Shown piece by piece: positions 26,501-34,832 of a DNA stretch of 43,699 nt (position 1 is its first letter; each line of letters opens with the position of its first letter). The notes under the pieces were generated by a model, which saw only the letters and a list, made by a program, of their open reading frames with translations, was not told where the DNA came from and did no database searches. The stretch lies in the IMG/VR virus record IMGVR_UViG_2851982317_000004. One strand, 5' to 3'. This DNA comes from a virus. Its lineage: Duplodnaviria > Heunggongvirae > Uroviricota > Caudoviricetes. The position numbers and the translations under genes were made by a program.

Positions 26501-27057
26501 AACTGACGCCTGTTATTGCTGCGCTGCGTGTCCGCTGCCCGTATTTTGAAAACCGGGTGGCAGGCGCGGCACAGTTCAAAAATCTGCCGGAGGTCGGAAA
26601 GCTGAGACTCCCGGCGGCGTATGTGGTACCGGGGGATGACTCTCCGGGAGAAAACAAAAGCCAGACCGACTACTGGCAGGAGCTGAAAGAGGGCTTCTCC
26701 GTGGTTGTCATACTGAGTAACGGGCGTGATGAGCGCGGTCAGTTTGCCTCGTATGATGTGGTGGACGATGTCCGGCAGATGCTCTTTAAGGCTCTGCTGG
26801 GCTGGAACCCGGAAGCGTGCGGTAACCCGATTACCTATGACGGCGGCACGCTGCTGGATCTGAATCGTCATGAGCTGATTTATCAGTTCGATTTTTCGGT
26901 CATCAGCGAGCTGACCGAAGACGATACCCGCCAGCAGGATGACCTGAACAGTCTGGATGAACTGCAAACGCTGGCGATTGATGTTGATTATCTCGAGCCC
27001 GGTAACGGGCCTGACGGCGATATCGAACATCACACCGAAATAACCCTTCCTTCCTGA
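26497..27057 (+). CDS. Structural protein, tail terminator/completion-like
   Basis: 186 aa acidic protein between head-completion genes and the sheath-like gene. Confidence 0.45.
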   Translation: MKLTPVIAALRVRCPYFENRVAGAAQFKNLPEVGKLRLPAAYVVPGDDSPGENKSQTDYWQELKEGFSVVVILSNGRDERGQFASYDVVDDVRQMLFKALLGWNPEACGNPITYDGGTLLDLNRHELIYQFDFSVISELTEDDTRQQDDLNSLDELQTLAIDVDYLEPGNGPDGDIEHHTEITLPS

Positions 27058-27065
27058 GGATCCTC

Positions 27066-27236
27066 ATGTTTGTCAAACCTGTTAAAGGGCGGTCAGTGCC
27101 TGACCCTGCCCGCGGCGACCTTTTGCCCGCCGAAGGGCGAAATGTTGACGAGAACAACTACTGGCTGCGCCGTGAAGCAGCGGGTGATATCCGGCGCGTG
27201 AATAAAAAGGTGAATACCGATGACGATAAGCTTTAA
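27066..27236 (+). CDS. Small protein (~56 aa) preceding the sheath-like gene (DUF2635-like)
   Basis: Hand-translated MFVKPVKGRSVPDPARGDLLPAEGRNVDENNYWLRREAAGDIRRVNKKVNTDDDKL; GAGGA upstream; overlaps the next gene start; resembles the small proteins that precede sheath genes in Mu-like tail clusters (from memory). Confidence 0.4.
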   Translation: MFVKPVKGRSVPDPARGDLLPAEGRNVDENNYWLRREAAGDIRRVNKKVNTDDDKL

Positions 27237-28716
27237 CACCATTCCGTCGAATACGCTGGTTCCGTTGTTTTATGCGGAAATGGATAACCAGGCGGCGAAT
27301 ACTGCACAGGACAGCGGAGCATCGCTGCTGATTGGTCATGCCAATAACGGTGCAGAGATTATTGCCAACAGTCTGGTACTGATGCCGTCGGCAGACTATG
27401 CACGCCAGATTTGTGGTGCGGGAAGTCAGCTGGCGCGTATGGTCGAGGCTTATCGCCAGACTGACCCGTTTGGCGAGCTGTATGTGATTGCCGTTCCGGA
27501 AGCCACAGGCGCGGCGGCAACGGTTACGCTGACGGTGACCGGGGCGGCAACCGAAACCGGCACGGTGAATGTTTATGTGGGACGTACCCGCGTGCAGGCA
27601 CCGGTGACCAATGGCGATAACGTCGCGACGATTGCCGGCAGTATCCAGGATGCCATCAATGCTGTTCCGGCCCTGCCGTTTACGGCCTCATCTTCGGCTG
27701 GTGTGGTCACACTGACCGCGCGTCATAAGGGGCTTTGCGGGAATGAAATTCCTGTCAGCCTCAATTACTACGGCTTCGGTGGGGGAGAAGTGCTGCCTGC
27801 GGGCGTACAGATTGCCGTGGCGGCGGGAACCGCCGGAACGGGGGCTCCTGTTCTCACCGGCGCGGTGGCTGCAATGGCGGATGAGCCGTTTGATTATATC
27901 GGTCTGCCGTTCAACGACACGGCCTCCGTTAACACGCTGGTGACCGAGATGAACGATACCAGCGGTCGCTGGAGCTATGCGCGTCAGCTGTATGGTCATG
28001 TGTATACGGCAAAGATCGGCACGCTGTCAGAACTGGTGACCGCAGGTGACCAGTTTAACCAGCAGCACATTACCCTGGCGGGGTACGAAAAAGAGACCCA
28101 GACGCCTGCCGACGAGCTGGCGGCAAGCCGTACCGCCCGCGCAGCGGTGTTTATTCGCAACGATCCGGCACGTCCCACGCAGACCGGTGAGCTGGTGGGT
28201 ATGCTGCCTGCGCCGAAGGGGAAACGGTTCACGATGACCGAACAACAGACCCTGCTGTCTCATGGCGTGGCAACGGCGTATGTCGAAAGCGGGGTACTGC
28301 GCATTCAGCGTGATGTCACCACGTACAGGAAAAACGCTTACGGGGTTGCGGATAACAGTTACCTCGACAGTGAGACGCTGCATACCAGCGCGTATGTACT
28401 GCGCAAACTGAAATCCGTCATTACCAGTAAGTACGGGCGTCACAAGCTTGCCAGCGACGGTACCCGCTTTGGTCCCGGTCAGGCGATTGTCACCCCGGCG
28501 GTAATCAAAGGGGAACTGCTGGCAACCTATCGTCAGCTCGAGCGTGCGGGGATCGTGGAAAACTACGAACTGTTTAAGCAGTACCTGGTTGTGGAGCGTG
28601 ATGCCAGCGATCCGAACCGCCTGAACACGCTGTTCCCGCCTGACTATGTTAACCAGTTGCGTGTCTTTGCCGTGGTTAACCAGTTCCGTCTTCAGTATTC
28701 AGAGGAGTCTGCATAA
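27220..28716 (+). CDS. Tail sheath-like protein (Mu gpL-like); large siphovirus major tail protein not excluded
   Basis: 498 aa; size, position (before a ~118 aa tube-like protein, chaperone and tape measure) and C-terminal region (...YRKNAYGV..., ...RVFAVVNQFRLQY) fit a contractile sheath. Confidence 0.55.
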   Translation: MTISFNTIPSNTLVPLFYAEMDNQAANTAQDSGASLLIGHANNGAEIIANSLVLMPSADYARQICGAGSQLARMVEAYRQTDPFGELYVIAVPEATGAAATVTLTVTGAATETGTVNVYVGRTRVQAPVTNGDNVATIAGSIQDAINAVPALPFTASSSAGVVTLTARHKGLCGNEIPVSLNYYGFGGGEVLPAGVQIAVAAGTAGTGAPVLTGAVAAMADEPFDYIGLPFNDTASVNTLVTEMNDTSGRWSYARQLYGHVYTAKIGTLSELVTAGDQFNQQHITLAGYEKETQTPADELAASRTARAAVFIRNDPARPTQTGELVGMLPAPKGKRFTMTEQQTLLSHGVATAYVESGVLRIQRDVTTYRKNAYGVADNSYLDSETLHTSAYVLRKLKSVITSKYGRHKLASDGTRFGPGQAIVTPAVIKGELLATYRQLERAGIVENYELFKQYLVVERDASDPNRLNTLFPPDYVNQLRVFAVVNQFRLQYSEESA

Positions 28717-29072
28717 TGGCCCGTATCGGGGGAACCTGTTATTTCAAAATTGACGGTCAGCAGCTATCGCTGACCGGCGGCATTGAGGTGCCCATGAACA
28801 GGACGGTCAATGATGACATCATCGGCCTGGACGGTTCAGTGGACCGCAAGGAAACTCACCGTGCGCCTTATGTCAAAGGGACCTTCAAGGTGCCGAAGAA
28901 TTTTCCGGTGGGCAAAATCACCTCGTCTGATGAGATGACCATCACTGCCGAGCTGGCGAACGGTCAGGTCTATGTACTGTCGTCTGCCTGGCTGCACGGC
29001 GAAGCGAACCATAATGCCGAAGAAGGCACGGTTGATCTTGAGTTCCACGGTGAAGAAGGGGATTACCAGTAA
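28716..29072 (+). CDS. Tail tube-like protein (or G-type chaperone)
   Basis: 118 aa, beta-rich composition; start overlaps the sheath stop; stop overlaps the next ATG. Confidence 0.5.
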   Translation: MARIGGTCYFKIDGQQLSLTGGIEVPMNRTVNDDIIGLDGSVDRKETHRAPYVKGTFKVPKNFPVGKITSSDEMTITAELANGQVYVLSSAWLHGEANHNAEEGTVDLEFHGEEGDYQ

Positions 29073-29413
29073 TGAAAGAGCTTGAGTTAAAGAAACCGAT
29101 TACTGCTCATGGCGAGACACTCTCCGTACTGGAGTTTGATGAGCCCACCGGGAAGGATGTCCGCGAGCTGGGGTATCCCTACCAGATGAATCAGGATGAG
29201 TCCGTCAGACTTCTGGCGCATGTGGTGTCGAAATACATTGTGCGGCTGGCGAAAGTGCCGCAAAGCTCTGTCGACCAGATGTCTCCGGCAGATTTCAGCC
29301 TTTTACCGGAAGAGAACGGGATACCGGAGCGAACGGACGAAGAACTGATGCATCTTGGGGAAGGTATTTCCGGAGGTGTGCGTTATGGACCAGATAGCCA
29401 ACCTGGTCATTGA
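29072..29413 (+). CDS. Tail assembly chaperone
   Basis: 113 aa acidic protein immediately upstream of, and overlapping, the tape measure gene; in the -1 frame relative to the preceding ORF. Confidence 0.5.
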   Translation: MKELELKKPITAHGETLSVLEFDEPTGKDVRELGYPYQMNQDESVRLLAHVVSKYIVRLAKVPQSSVDQMSPADFSLLPEENGIPERTDEELMHLGEGISGGVRYGPDSQPGH

Positions 29414-32400
29414 TTTGGGGATTGATGCGGCAGAGTTTAAAAATGAAATTCCCCGTATCAAAAACCTTCTGAATGGTGCAGCCAGCGATGCAGAACGGTC
29501 TTCTGCCCGTATGCAGCGTTTTATGGAGCGTCAGACTCAGGCCGCCCGGCAGACAACGCAGGCGGCTTCTTCGGCTGCAACAGCCGCATCCGTCCATGCG
29601 CAGACGGTGGAGAAGAACGCACAGGCTCATGAACGCATGGCCCGCGAGGTGGAGAAAACCCGCCAGCGCATGGAGGCGCTGAGCCAGAAAATGCGCGAGG
29701 AACAGGCGCAGGCCATGGCTCTGGCGGAGGCTCAGGATAAAGCGGCTGCTGCGTTTTATCGTCAGATTGACAGTGTGAAACAGGCCAGTGCGGGGCTGCA
29801 GGAATTACAGCGTATTCAGCAGCAGATCCGACAGGCCAGAAACAGTGGCGGGATTGGTCAGCAGGATTATCTGGCGCTGATTTCTGAGGTTACGGCGAAA
29901 ACCCGTGTTCTTACGCAGGCTGAGGAAGAGGCTACCCGACAGAAAGTGGCGTTTATCCGTCAGCTTAAAGAGCAGGCAACCCGCCAGAATCTTTCTTCTT
30001 CTGAGTTGCTTCGTGCTAAGGCTGCCCAGCTGGGGGTAAGCAGTGCTGCAGAAGTGTATATCCGCAAAATGGAGCAGGCAGGAAAAGCCACGCATTCGCT
30101 GGGTCTGAAAAGTGCAGCGGCCCGCCAGGAGATAGGCGTTCTGATAGGTGAACTGGCCCGCGGCAATTTAGGTGCGCTGAGGGGATCCGGGATAACGCTG
30201 GCTAACCGTGCCGGATGGATAGACACACTGATGTCACCGAAAGGCATGATGCTTGGCGGGGTTATTGGCGGTATTGCCGCGTCCGTCTATGGTCTGGGTA
30301 AAGCCTGGTATGACGGTCAGAAGGAGGGGGAAGAATTTAACCGCCAGCTGTCGCTGACGGGGCATTATGCCGGAGTCACTGCCGGGCAGCTGTGGACGCT
30401 CAGTCGTGCTATTTCCGGGAATGGTATCACGCAACATGCTGCAGCCGGTGCGCTGGCTCAGGTGGTGGGGAGTGGTGCATTTCGTGGAAACGATATCGGT
30501 ATGGTAGCGAGAGCTGCCGCACAGATGGAGCGATCGGTTGGCCAGTCGGTCAGCGATACCATAAATCAGTTTAAGCGGCTGAAGGATGATCCTGTAAATG
30601 CCGCGAAGGCTCTGGACAATGAGCTGCATTTTCTTACTGCCACTCAGCTTGAGCAGATACGTGTCCTTGGGGATCAGGGACGGTCCAGTGATGCTGCACG
30701 GATAGCCATGTCTGCACTGGCAGAGGAAACCGGTCGGCGTACTGCGGATATTGATAATAACCTCAATGCGCTTGGCAGTACGCTGAAGTATCTGTCTGAT
30801 TTGTGGAGTCGTTTCTGGGATGCGGCCATGAATATTGGTCGTGAAGACTCGCTGGATGAACAGATTGCCGCTTTACAGGAGAAAGTGTCGCGGGCGAAAA
30901 GACTCCCCTGGACGGCATCATCTTCTCAGGTTGAATACGATCAGCAGCGTCTTAACGATCTTCAGGAGAAAAAACGCCAGAAGGATTTGCAGGATGCAAA
31001 AGAGCAGGCAGAGCGGAATTATCAGGAGCAACAGAAACGACGTAATGCTGAAAATGCTGCACTGAACCGGATGAATGAAACGGAAGCAGCACGACATCAG
31101 CGTGAAATTGCGCGTATTAATTCCATGCAGTACGCCGATCAGGCTGTCAGGGATGCAGCGATACAACGTGAAAATGAACGTTACGAGAAAGCCCTGGCAT
31201 CCGGTAAGAAAAAAACACGCGAAACCCGTAATGATGAGGCCACCAGGTTATTGCTGCAGTACAGTCAGCAACAGGCACAGGTGGAAGGACAGATTGCTGC
31301 TGCAAGACAGTCAGCAGGCATTGCCACTGAAAAGATGACAGAAGCGCATAAACAGCTTCTGGCTCTGCAGCAGCGCATCAGCGATCTGGACGGGAAAAAA
31401 CTGACGGCAGATGAAAAGAGTGTGCTGGCCCGTAAAGATGAACTGATTCAGGCACTGATGCTGCTGGATGTAAAACAGCAGGAGCTTCAGAAACAGACGG
31501 CACTCAACGATCTGAAGAAAAAAACAATTCAGCTGACCAGTCAACTGGCTGAAGAAGAGCGCGCTCAGCGTCAGCAACATGACCTGGATATCGCCACGGT
31601 GGGTATGGGTGATCAGCAGCGGCAGCGATATCAGGTACAACTGAGTCTTCGCCAGAAATACCAGCAACAGCTGGAGCAGTTGAGGCGGGATAGTGAGCAG
31701 AAAGGGACATATAACACGGATGACTACAGAAAGGCCGAGCAGGCGCTGACGGAGAGCCTGAACCGACAACTGAATGAGAATCGCCGTTACTGGCAACAGC
31801 TTGAAATTGCTCAGGGTGACTGGAAAAACGGAGTCCTGCGTGCACTCCAGAATGTCACTGAGAATGCGGATAACACAGCCGGGACAGTGGAACAGTTGTT
31901 CACGTCTGCGTTCAGTAGCATGAGTGACTGGCTGGCGACATTCTGTACTACAGGCAAACTCAATTTCAAATCCTTCACCTCTTCTGTGCTGTCAGATATG
32001 TCCAGAATCATGGCTCAGATAGCTTTAATGAAAGCGGTAAAAGGCATTGCTTCCGCGCTGCCTTTTGATTTTGTAGCCAATGCTGATGGCGGTGTTTATC
32101 AGTCGGCTGATTTGAGTCGCTACAGTGGCACGGTGGTTAACCGTCCGACGTTTTTTGCTTTTGCAAAAGGCGCGGGTGTGATGGGGGAAGCTGGACCTGA
32201 AGCCATTCTGCCACTGCGTCGTGGTGCTGACGGTAAGCTGGGGGTTGTGGCGGATATTGGTGGTTCAGGTATGGCGATGTTTGCCCCGCAGTACAACATC
32301 GAGATCAATAACGATGGCACGAACGGGCAGATAGGTCCGGCTGCCCTGAAGGTGGTTTATGACCTTGGGAAAAAAGCGGCAGCGGACTTTATGCAACAGC

Positions 32401-32441
32401 AGGCCCGTGATGGTGGTCGGTTAAGTGGAGCATATCGGTAA
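29355..32441 (+). CDS. H: Tail tape measure protein (lambda H-like); likely true start ATG at 29385
   Basis: 1028 aa, coiled-coil, Ala/Gln/Glu-rich; N-terminal LVIDLGIDAAEF and C-terminal NNDGTNGQIGPAALKVVYD resemble lambda H as I recall it; the track start is TTG, and ATG 29385 has GGAGGT upstream. Confidence 0.85.
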   Translation: MGKVFPEVCVMDQIANLVIDLGIDAAEFKNEIPRIKNLLNGAASDAERSSARMQRFMERQTQAARQTTQAASSAATAASVHAQTVEKNAQAHERMAREVEKTRQRMEALSQKMREEQAQAMALAEAQDKAAAAFYRQIDSVKQASAGLQELQRIQQQIRQARNSGGIGQQDYLALISEVTAKTRVLTQAEEEATRQKVAFIRQLKEQATRQNLSSSELLRAKAAQLGVSSAAEVYIRKMEQAGKATHSLGLKSAAARQEIGVLIGELARGNLGALRGSGITLANRAGWIDTLMSPKGMMLGGVIGGIAASVYGLGKAWYDGQKEGEEFNRQLSLTGHYAGVTAGQLWTLSRAISGNGITQHAAAGALAQVVGSGAFRGNDIGMVARAAAQMERSVGQSVSDTINQFKRLKDDPVNAAKALDNELHFLTATQLEQIRVLGDQGRSSDAARIAMSALAEETGRRTADIDNNLNALGSTLKYLSDLWSRFWDAAMNIGREDSLDEQIAALQEKVSRAKRLPWTASSSQVEYDQQRLNDLQEKKRQKDLQDAKEQAERNYQEQQKRRNAENAALNRMNETEAARHQREIARINSMQYADQAVRDAAIQRENERYEKALASGKKKTRETRNDEATRLLLQYSQQQAQVEGQIAAARQSAGIATEKMTEAHKQLLALQQRISDLDGKKLTADEKSVLARKDELIQALMLLDVKQQELQKQTALNDLKKKTIQLTSQLAEEERAQRQQHDLDIATVGMGDQQRQRYQVQLSLRQKYQQQLEQLRRDSEQKGTYNTDDYRKAEQALTESLNRQLNENRRYWQQLEIAQGDWKNGVLRALQNVTENADNTAGTVEQLFTSAFSSMSDWLATFCTTGKLNFKSFTSSVLSDMSRIMAQIALMKAVKGIASALPFDFVANADGGVYQSADLSRYSGTVVNRPTFFAFAKGAGVMGEAGPEAILPLRRGADGKLGVVADIGGSGMAMFAPQYNIEINNDGTNGQIGPAALKVVYDLGKKAAADFMQQQARDGGRLSGAYR

Positions 32442-32770
32442 TGGAGACGTTTCACTGGAAAGTGCGCCCGGATATGAATGTGGTATCAGAGCCGAAAGTG
32501 GTGACAGTGAAGCTGGGCGATGGTTATGAACAGCGTCGTGCGGCGGGACTGAATAACCAGTTGTCGACTTACAGCGTGACGATACGTGTTCGTAAATGTG
32601 AACACCCATCTTTGAAAGCCTTTCTGGAACGGCACGGTGGCGTCCGCGCATTTCAGTGGATGCCACCTTATGACTGGAAGCCGATCACGGTGGTTTGTCG
32701 TAAATGGTCGGCAAGCGTGGGGGCGCTGTGGGTAACCATAACGGCAGATTTTGAACAGGTCGTGGCATAG
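32441..32770 (+). CDS. M: Minor tail protein M
   Basis: 109 aa, same length as lambda M with matching motifs (WKV.P, GDGY.QR, EFEQVV) as I recall them. Confidence 0.88.
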   Translation: METFHWKVRPDMNVVSEPKVVTVKLGDGYEQRRAAGLNNQLSTYSVTIRVRKCEHPSLKAFLERHGGVRAFQWMPPYDWKPITVVCRKWSASVGALWVTITADFEQVVA

Positions 32771-32779
32771 GAGGCCCTG

Positions 32780-33478
32780 ATGCAGGATATTCCACAGGAA
32801 ACACATCATGAGACGACACGCCTTACTCAGTCAGCCCAGGTGGTGCTCTGGGAAATCGATCTGACAGAGGTCGGTGGTGAACGTTATTTTTTCTGTAATG
32901 AGCAGAACGAAAAAGGTGAGCCGGTCACCTGGCAGGGGCGGCAGTATCAGGCATACCCCATTCAGGGGACGGGATTTGAACTGAACGGTAAGGGCAGTGC
33001 TGCCCGTCCGACACTGACGGTCTCTAACCTGCACGGCATGGTCACCGGGATGGCGGAAGACCTGCAGAGTCTGGTCGGCGGAACGGTGGTCAGGCGTAAG
33101 GTTTACGCCCGTTTTCTGGATGCGGTGAACTTCGTCAACGGAAACAGCGACGCCGATCCGGAGCAGGAGGTGATCAGCCGCTGGCGTATTGAGCAGTGCA
33201 GCGAACTGAGCGCGGTCAGTGCCTCCTTTGTACTGTCCACGCCGACGGAAACGGACGGCGCTGTTTTTCCGGGGCGCATCATGCTTGCTAATACCTGCAC
33301 CTGGACCTATCGCGGTGATGAGTGCGGTTATCACGGTCCGGCTGTCGCGGATGAATATGACCAGCCAACGTCCGATATCACGAAGGATAAATGCAGCAAA
33401 TGCCTGAGCGGTTGTAAGTTCCGCAATAACGTCGGCAACTTTGGCGGCTTCCTTTCCATTAACAAACTTTCGCAGTAA
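32780..33478 (+). CDS. L: Minor tail protein L
   Basis: 232 aa, near-colinear with lambda L as I recall it (VVLWEIDLTEVGGERYFFCNEQNEKGEPVTWQGRQYQ, C-terminal Cys cluster). Confidence 0.9.
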   Translation: MQDIPQETHHETTRLTQSAQVVLWEIDLTEVGGERYFFCNEQNEKGEPVTWQGRQYQAYPIQGTGFELNGKGSAARPTLTVSNLHGMVTGMAEDLQSLVGGTVVRRKVYARFLDAVNFVNGNSDADPEQEVISRWRIEQCSELSAVSASFVLSTPTETDGAVFPGRIMLANTCTWTYRGDECGYHGPAVADEYDQPTSDITKDKCSKCLSGCKFRNNVGNFGGFLSINKLSQ

Positions 33479-33483
33479 ATCCC

Positions 33484-34227
33484 ATGACACAGACAGAATC
33501 AGCGATTCTGGCGCACGCCCGGCGATGTGCGCCAGCGGAGTCGTGCGGCTTCGTGGTGAGAACACCGGAGGGGGAAAGATATTTTCCCTGCGTGAATATT
33601 TCCGGTGAGCCGGAGGAGTATTTCCGGATGGCTCCGGAGGACTGGCTGCAGGCAGAGATGCAGGGTGAGATTGTGGCGCTGGTCCACAGCCACCCCGGTG
33701 GTCTGCCCTGGCTGAGTGAGGCCGACCGGCGGCTGCAGGTGCAGAGTGATTTGTCGTGGTGGCTGGTCTGCCGCGGGGCGATTCATAAGTTCCGCTGTGT
33801 GCCGCATCTCACCGGGCGGCGCTTTGAGCACGGGGTGACGGACTGTTACACGCTGTTCCGGGACGCTTACCATCTGGCGGGAATTGAGATGCCAGATTTT
33901 CATCGTGAGGACGACTGGTGGCGTAATGGTCAGAATCTCTATCTGGATAATCTGGAGGCTACAGGGCTGTATCAGGTGCCGTTGTCAACGGCGCAGCCGG
34001 GCGATGTGCTGCTGTGCTGTTTTGGTTCATCGGTGCCGAATCATGCCGCCATTTACTGTGGTGACGGCGAGCTGCTGCACCATATTCCTGAACAACTGAG
34101 TAAACGAGAGAGGTACACCGACAAATGGCAGCGACGCACACACTCCCTCTGGCGTCACCGGGCATGGCACGCATCTGCCTTTACGGGGATTTGCAGCGAT
34201 TTGGCCGCCGCATCGACCTTCGTGTGA
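33484..34227 (+). CDS. K: Tail assembly protein K (JAB/MPN plus NlpC/P60-like)
   Basis: 247 aa with HSHP metal-binding-like motif (VALVHSHPGG) and a Cys/His peptidase-like C-terminal half; lambda K position. Confidence 0.88.
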   Translation: MTQTESAILAHARRCAPAESCGFVVRTPEGERYFPCVNISGEPEEYFRMAPEDWLQAEMQGEIVALVHSHPGGLPWLSEADRRLQVQSDLSWWLVCRGAIHKFRCVPHLTGRRFEHGVTDCYTLFRDAYHLAGIEMPDFHREDDWWRNGQNLYLDNLEATGLYQVPLSTAQPGDVLLCCFGSSVPNHAAIYCGDGELLHHIPEQLSKRERYTDKWQRRTHSLWRHRAWHASAFTGICSDLAAASTFV

Positions 34228-34772
34228 AAACGGGGGCCGAAGCCATCCGGGCACTGGCCACACAGCTCCCGGCATTTCGTCAGAAACTGAGCGACGGCTG
34301 GTATCAGGTGCGCATTGCCGGGCGTGATGCAGGCGAAAATGAATTATCTGCCCGTCTTAATGAACCGCTGGCAAATGGTGCCGTGATCCACATCGTTCCG
34401 CGTCTGGCGGGTGCCAAAAGTGGCGGTGTGTTTCAGGCGGTGCTGGGTGCGGCGCTGATTGCGGTGGCATGGTGGAACCCTGTGGGCTGGCTGGGGACCG
34501 CGGCTGTATCGGGTATGTATGCAGCAGGAGCCAGTATGATCCTGGGTGGTGTGGCGCAGATGCTGGCACCGAAAGCCAGGACGCCCACGGCAGCCAGTAC
34601 AGATAACGGCAAACAGAACACGTATTTCTCGTCACTGGATAACATGGTTGCCCAGGGTAATGTTCTGCCTGTTCTGTACGGGGAAATGCGCGTGGGGTCA
34701 CGTGTGGTTTCTCAGGAGATCAGCACGGCAGACGAAGGGGATGGTGGTCAGGTTGTGGTGATTGGTCGCTGA
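34125..34772 (+). CDS. I: Tail assembly protein I
   Basis: About 200 aa with a hydrophobic central segment; overlaps the K 3' end (likely start near 34164); lambda I position. Confidence 0.8.
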   Translation: MAATHTLPLASPGMARICLYGDLQRFGRRIDLRVKTGAEAIRALATQLPAFRQKLSDGWYQVRIAGRDAGENELSARLNEPLANGAVIHIVPRLAGAKSGGVFQAVLGAALIAVAWWNPVGWLGTAAVSGMYAAGASMILGGVAQMLAPKARTPTAASTDNGKQNTYFSSLDNMVAQGNVLPVLYGEMRVGSRVVSQEISTADEGDGGQVVVIGR

Positions 34773-34832
34773 TGCAAAATGTTTTATGTGAAACCGCCTG
34801 CGGGCGGTTTTGTCGTTTATGGAGCGTGAGGA

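Noticed and set aside
29473-29682. Arg-rich ORF in an alternate frame at the 5' end of the tape measure gene, considered as a frameshift extension of the chaperone
   Set aside because: Translation is junk-like (poly-Arg/Leu) and no slippery site was found; most likely an incidental open frame.
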